From positions 416,018 to 480,017 of the forward strand of contig JAKMXF010000332.1 in assembly GCA_024704765.1 (NCBI GenBank): a DNA stretch of 64,000 nt, in the 5' to 3' direction. The notes under the pieces are model-generated. The model worked only from the letters and a program-made list of their open reading frames with translations. It ran no database searches and was not told the DNA's origin. The DNA is from Oopsacas minuta. Its lineage: Eukaryota > Animalia > Porifera. Positions 26,701 to 39,293 of the stretch are shown here, piece by piece (within the stretch, counting starts at the first letter, position 1; every line of letters begins with the position of its first letter). Made by a program: the position numbers and the translations under genes.

Positions 26701-27965
26701 CTTATAGAGCAAAAGACTGTAACTGCGAGTTGGTATGTCAACATTTGCATGCCTCAGGTGATAGAAAAGTGGAGCATTTTACATTCTAAAGCCTACCTCA
26801 CCTGACATCAATGGCACCATGACAATACAAGTGCACACAATGCAGCTTTAACAATTGATTTCTTTGCAGAAAATGGTATAAAATTGATACCCCATCTAGC
26901 ATATTCCCCAGATTTGGCGCCATGCGACTTATTTCTTTTCCTAAACTAAAAAAGAATATCAAAGGGGTCCATTCCAATAGTGCAGAAGAGGCAAGACTGG
27001 CTTATAATGAGGCCCTCCAAGACCCAACCAAAGAAGACTGGGAAAATTGTTTTGAAAGTTGGTTTAGAAGGATGGATTTATGCATACAGTCATCTGGTAT
27101 ATACTTCGAGAAACTATTAAAAAAATAATCTATTTCCTACTATTCTTTCATATAGATTCTAAAAACCTTTTGGACTACCCTGGTATACAAGAAATTACCA
27201 ACATATTTTTGAAATATAAATCTGCATCTCTACATGTGGATCAATATACGGATCTTGACTCCTTTATTTTAGAAAGAGAAGGTTTCCATGTCATTACAGA
27301 ATCCTTAGATGAATCTTGTAGATATAAAGTTCAGTATTCCTACACTTGTCCCAGCAATATGCACTGCAAAGCATGTTCTCATGTTATCTCATATGGATTA
27401 TTGAATAAAATGGACGCTCACCCAAATGTAACTGCTTTCGTAAATTCAGTGGAGATAAAGCCAGACAGGCCCAAAAGAGGGCATTGTTATTAATTCGATT
27501 AGGAGCGTTACCTTGGAGAGACAAAATAAGCGAGGATTTGTTAATATAGAAGAATATCGAGTAATTACCCATATTTTTTATTCCAGAATTACTTGCTAGT
27601 AATTATTGAGTGTTTAGAACCCAACCTAGAAGTTACTAATGTAAGTAATGTTTCTATAGATTTTGACATTCTGGTCTGAGTATATGAATCCACACCCTAC
27701 AAAGGGAAATGTTGAAATGATACAAATATATAGGGCATATAATTTTAACCATTTGCCAAATTAATTGCTTTGTTTGCCAAAATACTTAAATTTTCAGTTC
27801 GGTTGCCAAAATAATTGAATCTTTAGTTCAGTTGCCAAAATAATTGAATCTTTAGTTCAGTTGCCAAAGAATTGAATTCGTTTGCAACAATAATTGTAAT
27901 TTCAGTTCAGTTGGCATAATAATTGAATACATTTGTCAAGTTAATGATGCATCCGTTATATATAT
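23785..27965 (+). mobile_element. Degenerate MULE with C-terminal SWIM finger and 29-bp-repeat TIRs; contains a nested mariner
   Basis: About 23785-23890 is inverted at about 27750-27965, where it is expanded into TTAGTTCAGTTGCCAAAATAATTGAATCT repeats. Coding remnants: YYCKF..C..GHHKH, SDTTH, NDNDDA, GNCYFHL, and TCPSNMHCKACSH (SWIM). Ends approximate. Confidence 0.7.
25898..27183 (+). mobile_element. Mariner (DD34D) nested in the MULE
   Basis: Right TIR ...AAAAACCTTTTGGACTACCCTGG+TA; degenerate left TIR GTGCAAAAAGTTTTTAGAA. Motifs VYNWYGEFNRGR, DNTSAH, AYSPDLAPCD. Confidence 0.88.
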
Positions 27966-28129
27966 GAATAATGCGAACATATTTTGTTGTGAGCAAAATA
28001 TTTTCGCAATTTCTGTCACTATTTAGGATATTACACGTATAACACATTAGCTAATAAAACTATTCTAAAAATATTTGTTTAGCTAAGTTCAGCAAAAGCA
28101 AAATAATACCAACATTCTATTATTGCGGA

Positions 28130-28650
28130 AAGCCTGCTACTACAACTTCTGATACATCAGTTAGACCTGCGAAGCAACACTGACAAGTAGCGACACCGAG
28201 TCCAGTAAATATGCCAGACAATTTACCATCTAACATTGAGGCCATAATTTCAATAATTACATGTCTACTTTCATTCTCGAAGCCAGTTGACATGAGTTCA
28301 TCAATTTATGGATACAAGAAATTCATTTGAGTAGTGCACTGTCAACGTTCTCTTTTAAGATAGCATTGCAATTGGCTGGTTGGAGAATCTAGAATTTGGG
28401 TATTGATTATATCAGAGAATATTTCGACAAAATTTCAAATCAAGAGGATAAACCATAGACAAGAGAAAATCTGAACGCCCACGAGCTGTTTGAGATCTAA
28501 GATTACACCTTGTGAATTCCCAACCCACCACCCCATGTTTAACCACAAAGTTGAGTGGGTACATCAGGGATTCTTCAATAAAGTGTATACAGGGTTAGGC
28601 ATAAGTTCTGCAACAAAATGTAAATTATGCTAGAGATTCTGCAAGTGGTT
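28130..28650 (-). mobile_element. Transib-like transposase remnant
   Basis: KHGV.GLGIH (first-Asp motif, frameshifted), YPNSRFSNQPIAML, MLDGKLSGIFTGLGVATCQCC; parallels the 62.1-63.5 kb copy. Confidence 0.55.
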
Positions 28651-30584
28651 ATAGATGAATATATATTTAGCATATATTATCCTCAATATCTTTGTATACA
28701 ATATTTAGAGTATTGAGTCCTAGTAGAAAAATTTTGTTGATTTATGGATAAAGAACCAAAACGAAAGTCTGAAGTCTTCCTTGAGAAGAGAGTAGGATAT
28801 AATCAGTGAGGACGTGTTGCGTGCCACAGCCGATAATTTCTACAAGCGATTGAGCCTATTTATCGTAGCAAAGGACAATACATTTGAAGAGCAAGGATAA
28901 TTTCGAATCCTTAGTATGTATATTAACTAATTCATTACGAATTTCAACTACTATTATGGTAACATTAGAAATATACAAGTTTATACTTGTTGCAGAACTT
29001 ATGTCTAACCCTAAGGAGTGTACGTTTAAAGTGCTTTACTATGTGGTCAATGCAGTTAACTGTTAATAACTTTAAACCTTCTAAAATTAGAAATTACCTT
29101 TGATCAGTCTATTTTAATTTCCCGAGATTGAGGTTATATGCAAGGAATGTTGACTTTTCGGGCGAAACCTATTTGCTGGAGTGAAGGTTATCAAGATTAT
29201 CGCCCTCAGAAATTCTTTTTGAAATAAGAGAAATGTTATGGCATCCTGGTGTGACAACTGCAAAAATATAATATCAGACCAACATACTGAATAATACTGA
29301 TACCTTCTGAACAAGCTAATCGAGATAATGCATCCATAATACCTGTACTCTCGAGGCGTACACACTTAGAATCAAATTTTTTCTATTCTTCTAGGGATTT
29401 CCGTTTAGAAATAATCGGATTAACCACCGACAGAGCGGCTGGGGCTGGTGTTTCAGCTCTTGTAATATAGTACTGACGCTTAAGAACTATTGTTCAAGAT
29501 CTTTTTCGGACTGATGGTGGTGCATTCGTTCTCTAAGCAGAGTACATATCAAATGAAGGTTCTTCACATCTCTTGAGAACGTTGGTAATTGTGAGTCGTT
29601 TCTCCAATATTCTACTTCCCTAATTGACATCTACTTTAGCATTTCGATGGGCCTGTTTAGCATCCAAAAGTATTCTATTTACTTCCTGAAGTGTAAGTGA
29701 CATTTTAAGCTTTGTATGACAATAACTTATGTGAAGGAATTTGAAATACACTAAATTAGGTTTAAATATATATATACACCATTGTTGTCGACATAATACC
29801 ACATTGCTAGACAACATACGAATCACAATATTATACTCCATACCAGATTAGGTTACAATGCCACTATAACTATTGCGTTGCCTAGTTACTAGTGTTTGTT
29901 ATTGAAACAAGCTACTATTAAGAATATATTAAATAGTCATGAGTTATAATAAACGAAACAAATTTGAATATTTTTGGAATTAAATATGATGTAATAATTT
30001 TCAAATGCCAACGCATTCTCAAAATATGAGATGAAAAGAAATACTCTTCAGTTAAAACCTCATAAGCCAAAAATTCATGGGAAAATAATACATATCGTTG
30101 AAATTAAATCCCACTGGAAATGTTTAACAAATAACCCAGTGTATGTGTCGTACTTAATATTATCACCATAATATGGCTTTAGAATAACTAGTATAATTCA
30201 GCCTAACCATAGCATTCCACACACTAAGGCAATGGCAGTCACTAATGTATATGGACCATGGATGCACTAATACCTATCCAAATCAAATGTAATCAAAACT
30301 CACGTTAAACATCAGCTATTGGTTCAATTGGGACTTAAGAGGCTAAGAAAAGAAAAAATATCCATGCATGTTGTTAAACTTTCACCTGGGAGGCGTTTGC
30401 AGATGAATCTATTAATGACCCATGATGGGAAAATTAACTATTCTACAAATACACAAAACAACTAATTAACTCATAATCATAAATACATTACTAAACATAA
30501 ATTAACAAAGTGAAATCTTTACAGTACTAGTACTGGGTCAAAAACATATATTCATTCTAAACACACTATAATATACTTTTACTA

Positions 30585-31529
30585 GCGCGCTTCGCTTGCT
30601 AGGTCACTGCGAGACAGCTTAGTGCAGGGGTGGACCATAAAGTTAGCTTTTGGTCCGCAGTGAAATTTGGAGCCGACTTGGAGGGCCACAAAACTTGAGG
30701 ATGTTTTCTACGACCATGATGCACAGGTCTATAGAATATAGATGTTGAATAATAATTCATGTCTTATTACAATAAAAATATTTACTTGAATTAAAAAGCA
30801 GTTATAGAAAGGTAGGGTTATATACGGAAGAATAAAATATACTCACCTCAAGACAATGAAGGACAAAAGTGTCAGAAAAATTCTTTGGGCTGTATTCTTG
30901 CCCTTTTCAAACGAACCACGAAGGCCTCACTTTGCCCATATGTGGCTTAGTACCTCAGGTTAGATTAAATATTAAACAAATAAACTTCTTAGTGCTTTTG
31001 GTCGCTAAGCGATAGGATAAACTCGGCACTTCGTACCTAGTGTTTATGATATAACAGAAATTTAATGATTATATTGTCCATGGTCTAACCAAATTACACT
31101 CAATGGCCTTCTGTGTTAATACTGCAATTCTTACATGGCTTTAGGTTAGTAATCAGGGTACTTTGTGTCAAGAATACTATGAAATTGTCAATAATTTTGA
31201 TTATTTGTATAGTCATGATGACGTATTATACCATGATAAATTGGTAGGCCAAAGTCAGAACATCAAAACATGTGGTATATTATGGGACCTGTGATCAAAA
31301 TTTCAACCTCTTTCATTAATATTGGGTGAGCAGTGGTTTATAATGTGATTTTTTGAAATACGTAGAGGTGACAGTGACGTCATAATTTTTTCATGTGCGA
31401 ATTTCTTCCAAGATTCGAACATGTCCGAGCCAAGCCCAAAATATCACTGTATGCCAAAAATCAGCCCCAGGGGTCTTCTAGTATCTTTAATCAATTTTGG
31501 ACATACAAAACAGATACATACATAAATAA

Positions 31530-31567
<38 letters not shown>

Positions 31568-31576
31568 ATAAATAGA
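30585..31576 (+). mobile_element. Possible non-autonomous Helentron/Helitron-type element
   Basis: Starts with the hairpin ACTAGCGCGCTTCGCTTGCTAG and ends (TCTA)9 + TATAAATAGAT. This layout is typical of HINE/DINE-1-like elements. The 5' limit is uncertain. Confidence 0.4.
31531..31566. repeat. (TCTA)9 microsatellite
   Basis: Direct reading. Confidence 0.95.
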
Positions 31577-32052
31577 TTAATTGCGTTTAATAGTACAGAT
31601 TACCTTTATGCGGATATTCGACTTAGCTACTGATATTTCATTTTTACTAATCCTATGAGTTCTCTTGTTCCTGAATGTAATTCTAACAACAGAGGTACAG
31701 ATTATACTCAAGTTTTCTATTTCCTAAATATGACGAATTGCGAAACAAATGGATTAGAAGTATTCCTCGAACAAGGAAAGATTATGAAAACAATAAGGAG
31801 TGAAAGCAAGATTGTTGGTTTGCTTCAACTGGGCGTATATTTCGATAAATAATCGATGTGAAAAGACTGATGTTTGCCAAAAACTAAGAATGAATTTGAC
31901 GTCGTAAGGCTAACAGTGTATTTTAGTCAAGTAAAACAATTATTCCTTAGATTGAGTGTTGTTGTATAGTTTGTGCTTTCTATGACATAATAAAATTAAT
32001 ACTGTGCTGATAACTACATTTTACCCCGTCATTAAGGTGTGCATCCATCACT

Positions 32053-32109
32053 TCAAAGAGGATATTCAAAGAGATATTCAAAGAGATATTCAAAAGAGGA
32101 TTTTCAAAA
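32053..32109. repeat. Short 12-bp tandem repeat (GAGATATTCAAA, about 4 copies)
   Basis: Direct reading. Confidence 0.8.
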
Positions 32110-32129
32110 ACAATTCATTTTTAAATAAG

Positions 32130-34900
32130 GGCTACTGATTGGTTTAAAAACACGAGTTAGGATGCCTATTATCCCCCAGAAGATTCCCGAATCGATCTAT
32201 TCCTGAAGGGCTGAAACTATGAAGAGAATATAATTTGATAGGTCAACATTCAAGTCTAACAATAACCAATGAGAAGAAATAGATCCAGAACCATCCAATC
32301 CATGCTTGATTTCAATGTGTTGGATAGAAATGTGGTGCAGGAATATTAACACAGATTCTTTTAACAACCGATCAAAGAGAGAAATTACAAGTGATAAGTA
32401 AGATATATAGACCCCTATAGGACTGGAAACATTTGGATATTGGCTAAATGTTGGAACAATTGACTTTCCAATTTCATTAATTTTTCCCAAGTTGTCAAAA
32501 CCAGGCCTTCTGATTGGAGATAATATTCAAGATCTCTCCATTTTCCTTTCCCCAGCTTAAGTGAAACAGAGAGAAATAATCGGGTACAGTAATCTCCCGC
32601 TTAAGTACGCAACTTGATCCGGAGTGGCGAGTGCGTACTTATCTGGTAGGTACGTATTTAACAAAATTAGCACAATTTCCGTCCTGTTTTACTTAACAAT
32701 AGAAATAACAGTACCTAAAAATAGGCATTGTTTGTTAAACAATTACAGCATGTCACTACCGATAGAATAGTTTTTAGGTTCATTATTGTACAGTACTGTT
32801 TTTTTCTGATTGCATAATGTCAGGAAAAGGCAAAGGCAAGCGTTTGAATGAATCACAGAGATTGAACATCATTGCCAAGTTAAGTCAGCCAACTCCTCCA
32901 AGTAAGCGAAGTCTTACACGAGAATATGAAGTCAGTGAAGGCGCTATCCGAAAGGTTTGGGAGAACAGAGAAGTTATTCGAAAACGTTCTGCTTTGTTGT
33001 CCGAGGAGACTAAAACAAAAAGTTTCGAGGTTCTGTTTGTCGGTTTTCGGACATGGAAGACATGTTATACCTTTGGATTGATGGTATGCGCCGTGCTAAC
33101 CTGCCTGTTTCACCCACTCTGGCCATCGCGAAAGCAAAGCGAATCGCTGAACAGTTATCGATTTCGGAGGATGATTTTAAAGCATCATGGCAGTGGCTTA
33201 GCCGATTTAGAGAACGTCGAGGACTTCAGAAACTTCTACTTCATGGTGAAGGAGCAGAAGTAGACAAACAGGAGCCGAACTTTTTAGCTGCGTTGAACAG
33301 CTTGTATGATATAATCGCGCAGTATGAACCTGAAAATGTTTACAACATGGATGAAGCAGGATTATTTTTTCGGCTGCTACCCAGATATACTCTACTTATG
33401 CCGTTTGAAGATGTCAGCAGCACTCGAGGAAAAAGGAAAGCTAAAGACCGATTGTCGCTGGTTGTTTGTGCGAATGGCACAGGAACGCATAAAATTCCAT
33501 GCACATTGATCGGGAAACCGAAATCTCCGGCCTGTATAAAGAATCGGGACTGGCCGTTGAAGTACTTTAGCCAGGGCAAAGCGTGGATGGACGTTAACAC
33601 GTGTTGGAAGTGGTTTAATGAAGTGTTTTGTCCTGAAGTGAAAAAGAGAACAGGACGCCGGGTTCTGTTGTTAATGGACAATGCTTCAGGCCATTTTCAA
33701 GCTTTTGAACGGAATAACGTCAGAGTAGTATTCTTCCCCCCAAATTGTACGAGCTGGAAACAACCATGTGATATGGGAATCATCGCAGCGCTGAAAAAGA
33801 GGTACAAATATTTGTATCTCAAGGACGTTCTTGATTTTTACGATCTTGATGAGGACTTGAAAGCCCGAAAAGAAGAGCAAGCGAAAGGCTCCCTAAAGGA
33901 GCTGCTGGTGTTGTTTATGGTAAACCTGCTCATCTGCTAGATGCCGCTTTTTATGTTAAGCGTGCATGGAATTTAATATCTGACACGTCAATAAGCAACT
34001 CATTCATCAAGGCTGAGTTAGGCCCTTTAACATTGCAAGGTAGCGTTGATGAGGAGGTCGACGCGATGTCTGATGTTCTGCAAAGATTCAGGTCTTTGAA
34101 TTTTGTGATTGAAGGAGATGAACTTAATGAATTCATGCATGTCGACGACGAAAACAACGAAGAGTATTCGCAGGCGATGTTAGACGATGTTAATGAGGTA
34201 TTGACTACAATTCATACAGAAAATGATGACTCTGACGACGATAGTGACGATCAAAGCAACACTTCTGCACCAATCGAGAATGAAGTGATATTCCACGGCT
34301 TTGAACAACTTTACCGTAAAATACTCGAAATTGAGGACCAGTTGTTGTGCACCGATGTGCAAGCTCAAGCGGGAGATGCTTATGGTGATCCAAAAGACAC
34401 CTTCGAAAAATTTCAGCGTAAACTACGATAAGTGGCATCTGAAGCTAAACGTAAAAGAGCACAAAACATGCGTCAGCTGACGATGCATGATATGTTTAAA
34501 CAGTGAGCAACTTTAGCAAAGCGGACTTTTAGTTTTTGATGGGCATTTTATATGTTTTTCAATAAATTGTTGAGAAAGTTGAACACAGAATTTTTGACAA
34601 ATTTTGGTTTACTTAAGCAGGATGCGTACTTAAGCGGGGCGTACTTAAGCGGGAGGTTACTGTACTCTTAGTTTCAACAGGGATCCATGGAATACTTGCA
34701 CTCCACCACTCACCATTTAAGCCCTCAATAGATTCTTACTCATTCTGACATTAGATGATATTTTAGGCATGAGAGAGCATACAGAATGCCACTTGTCTTC
34801 CTCGAGATTTAGTAAACGCACCACTTCATCTGCTGCTTGATTGATATAATGGTCGTGAACCTTCAATATGATAGCCAAGTTAGGACCTGTTTTCAGGCTT
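32130..34900 (-). mobile_element. Transib-like remnant interrupted by the Tigger element
   Basis: KLGKGKWRDLEYYLQSEGLVLTTWEKL, then IEIKHGLDGSGS, NYILF, HPNSCF. Coding-like sequence continues on the far side of the Tigger insertion. Confidence 0.55.
32587..34662 (+). mobile_element. Full-length pogo/Tigger element (CENP-B HTH + DDE_1), frameshifted
   Basis: TIR CAGTAA(T/C)CTCCCGCTTAAGTACGC with TA TSDs. Motifs FKASWQWLSRFRER, YNMDEAGLF, LLLMDNASGH, FFPPNCTSWKQPCDMGII (30 residues between the last two Asp). Confidence 0.95.
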
Positions 34901-36785
34901 TCAGATAATATTGTTGCTTCAGCAATCTATAAATTGATAAGTAGAGATTCAATAGGTCATTAAGTTAATGAACTCGTATGCTACCTTGTAATATGCAGTA
35001 TATATATTCATAATTATTGCGTTATATTGGTGTAAAATGCCCATGTAGTTATATTATATTGTACCATAGCAACGTAGATTTGAGGATGGAATTTGACAAA
35101 ATTTAACATGTTGCGCAATGAAGCTGCATTTGAAGTTAAAATATCATGTACATAAAACTTAACAAGAATATACTAAAAGTCAGGATGGAAACAAGTTTTG
35201 CTGCCAAGAGGATGGCTTATGGCCGAGAGAAATTTTTACAAACTTTTCACAGTATTGTATCCGTAATATCTGAATAACCTCTTTGTCCCTGAAGAAAATA
35301 AACAACAGCATACATCATAAATTCAACAGACTACTAAAATTGCTTCTGTCATTTATAGTACGATGGATGTATAAACATAGAATATTGCACTAAAGTCCTA
35401 CATTTGATTGACCACAAAAATAGACTATTTCATCTGATACTTTACATATTGCTCATTGAATATATCTAGAATCTAATTCATAATACAAAATGGTATAAAA
35501 TGAAGGTAAGAATTTGGGCCTAATGCACCCAGTAACCCACAGTGGGGATCGTATCATCCTAACGAAGTCTGTTGTGCCTGTGTTTTTCCGAATTCTCCTC
35601 AGTATATGGCCAACACAACTGAAATACCAAAGAGGCCAGAGATTCTCAAGGAATGCTAAAGAGCTAACATTTTTTCATAATGCATTATACCAAAGCCTAT
35701 TGAGGATAATAAAACAATAACAACAAAGTTCGTAATTTGGCCTCTCATAGATATTGTTAAAATAATTCTTTTTGATCGAATTGTCTATGAGCTGGAGTAC
35801 CAATATTCTTGATGATAATTTGTGTTTTACCAAAATTGTTATGTTAAAGAGCAAACTTTGTTGTTCAGAGATCACTTGTAATTAATAGAAATTGGTTTTT
35901 GAAGGCATAAATTAAGGAGGATTGTCAAATTCATATATCCAAAGACAAAATCAATGATATTCGACAAATTGAGGCTATCATAATAGATGAGATTGAAATA
36001 TTCTCAAAAAGTGACTCGATTTTACCTACACCAACACTACCATCGATTCCAAAATATATTAAGAATGCCAATAATGAATTGGAATGTGTTACAACATCTA
36101 TTGGGAATGATGATTTAGATGCAGTCATAGATTAACCTGAAGTTGGCCTCATTAGTACATTACAACCAACACGTGTTCGCTTTTACTCGATCAATTTAGA
36201 TATTTGATTATCCTTAAGCATGGGTGCCGTTGTAGTATATTAACTCAAGTGTTTTAATTAACAATACATTATACATCACTTGCATGTTTCCGTCTCGTTC
36301 AGTCTTCAAATTGTCTAGTATTACCTAACGAACTTAATATCCTTAGTATTAAGAATTCAATTAGTTTAGACTGTGAATATTTGAATATCTAGAGGATTTT
36401 CATCTAAAAAACAAGAAAGAACGCCATCTTGTACTCCAGATGGACGAGGTACAAAACAAGGCCAACAGAATCTTGTAAACAACAGTAGTCAAACTTGTTG
36501 CAATTTGCCAATATCTTAAAATTACCAACAGCAAGATTTTCCAAATAATTACAATGGATTTTAAAATTCACCATAATTATTTGGAATATCTTGTGTATGA
36601 TGACTTAACATTGAGGTTTTAAAAATTTTTCTATTCGTGTCCCACAATAATGTGCTATTTAACCGGCTTCTCATTAATATTTTGAGATAAGTTTCTTCTA
36701 CATACTCTAAGGCTTGGTGGGTTATGCTTTTAAAATGTATTTAATAATATTCATTAATATATAATTATTTGATTGTAAAAATCCA

Positions 36786-39293
36786 ACGAAGAAGTTAGAC
36801 TAGAGTCACTCCAATCAATAATTTGACTCACTAATACTCATCAGATAAATGAAATGAGTATCATTGGAAAGAGGAGACCTGAATGTTTTAAGCAATATAT
36901 TTGATTTTAAAAACCTTAACTTTTGTATTTAAAATTTTTAGTGTCACGACTCCCTTGAATTTATCCACCCAAAGTCTGAATTCGATTCTGAAATTATATA
37001 TGCATACTTTGGTTTTATGGACGTTTATGAAAATTAGCTTTCATAAGTATATCAACAACTCAAGGTGCTAGAGGAAATCAAATTTTAAGCCAGGAGTGAG
37101 AATATTTAGGGATGAATCATATCCTACAAAAGTAAAGTCAGTTCGAACTCATGGTTCTTACCATAAATTTAACTGAATTTCAATTATTCTTGTGCTAATC
37201 GATATTTGAGATATAGACGTATATAACAATATCGATACTTTCGTGAAACACTACAAATTATCACCAGCAACGCCCTGCAAAAATTGATAACTTCTCAAAT
37301 TTTTGTGTATCATGAATTCTAACTTTGAGATCAATTCTTTTCAGAACATTATTCAAAATTTATAGATACCTTCTTTCGTATCTTATAATTCAATTTCCTT
37401 GAAAAACAGGCGGTCGCTAGTACATTTTGTAAGATTTTTATATATTTTTGTTTTTTCTAAATTTCCTCAATTGCTTCTCTATAATTAATACGTTTTAATA
37501 TGGTATTATTGTATAGACTATCTCGTAAGACTATACAACACTTGCTTAGATCATTAGTACGTATATGAAGTCGTATCGTCATACTTGTTATATACGTTAT
37601 AGTTCCCATTGCAAATTGTTACAACAAATACTTAAATTTTGGGACGGACTTCTTTGTAGTTAACCTACACACAATAGAGTTGAAATACATCCTTGGTTGT
37701 GTAATATCAAAGATGATAAACACTATCGTGTATACACCATTCCCATATTATAGAATTTAGTCTTCAAGATGCTTCAAATAGAAATAGCTGCTCCAAATCT
37801 TGTTTCAGAAGTATAAATGCTGATTTCACTCTTCACTATCCGAAACCAATTTCCAACAATAGCGATGCTGACCCCTAAAAATGTATACACATCTTTTTCA
37901 CTTTCTACATTACACTTAGGATTGTGAACCTGTGGAAGGGGATTTGGTTCCTCAACTAAAATTAACACGAACAAGGTATTCAGAATAAACATTCTGTAAG
38001 CTGATACTAGCATTATATCGAATTCCTTTCTTTGTTCCAATTCACAACTAATGGAATGATCAAAATTTCACTACTTAAAACTGACATATTTTACCAAAAA
38101 ATTTGATCAACTAAACTATGACCAGGTTGTATTAGAACTAACCACAAAACTAAGAGTGACCTACACTCAACAAAGCTATGGTTATAAGCACCTGTGATGC
38201 CATTGATTTAAATGAAAACACTAATCAATCAAACATGCATCAGAAAATTGAAAAACCAGATATATTCATATCATTAGATAACCTATATAAGTGTTATACA
38301 TGATTAAATCAGAGGTAGATGATACCTACACAATAATAACATATCGTCTCGTAACTCGAATGCAAGTCAAAATATAGATGACCCAAATGATAAAACTGAT
38401 ATAGAACCACTCAGCTACAGTCATACTCAGAACTTATATATTTATGACAATACGACAATATACTTAGGTGCTATGATAAAATTAGATATGTTAGTTCCGA
38501 AGAACAATACCACAAGAAAGACGCAAATGTTACTAGTTACGTACGTATTTACTTGTATGCACAAGAATGAAGTTTAACATTGACTACAAATGAAAACGAA
38601 CCATTCAAAATATATTACCACCAATATTTAAATAAAAGAACTAGTGACCCTGTTTACTTTAAGGAAATTGAATTATAAGATATGAAAGAAGGTATCTAGA
38701 AATTGTGAAGGGGTTCTAAAGAGAAATAACTTCAAGAATTGATCTCAAAGTCAAATTCTTAATACACAAAAAACCTGGGAATTTATCAATTCTTGCAGGG
38801 CATTGGCGGTGAAATTTGCAGTGTTTCACGAAAGTATTGATATTGTAATAAACTTCTATGTCTCAACTATTGATTAGCATAAGATAATTGAAATTCAGTC
38901 GGAATTAGGGCAAGAAACATGAGTTCGAACTGACCTAACTTTTGTAGGATATGATTCATCTCCTAACACTCTCACTCCTGACTTAAATTTAGAATTCCTC
39001 TAGCTCCGCGAGTTGTAAATACGAAATTTAATTTTCATAAACATCCATGTCACTATAGTATGCATGTATAATTTCAGAATCGAATTCTAACTTTTGGTAG
39101 GTAAATTCAAAGGAGTCGGGACACTAAAATTATAACCAAAAAAGAAACTAAAGTAAAGGTTTTTAAAATCAAAACATATTGCTTAATACATTCAACTCTC
39201 CTCATTCCAATTATACTAATTTCGCTTGCACCTGATGAGTACAATAGGTGAGTCGAATTAGTGACTTAAGTGACCCTAGTCTAACTTCTTCGT
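36786..39293. repeat. Large foldback inverted repeat (about 640-bp arms, about 1.2-kb spacer)
   Basis: 36786-37425 is the reverse complement of about 38640-39293 (ACGAAGAAGTTAGACTAG / CTAGTCTAACTTCTTCGT; TCATATCCTACAAAAGT / ACTTTTGTAGGATATGA). Weaker patches of symmetry continue into the spacer. Confidence 0.9.

Noticed and set aside
28590-29012. About 24-bp inverted repeat (AGGGTTAGGCATAAGTTCTGCAACA)
   Set aside because: Too short and without a TSD; cannot be distinguished from two fragments of related elements.
35950-36010. IIIDEI as a Pif1/Helitron helicase Walker B
   Set aside because: No Walker A or other helicase motif found nearby; the motif is too short.
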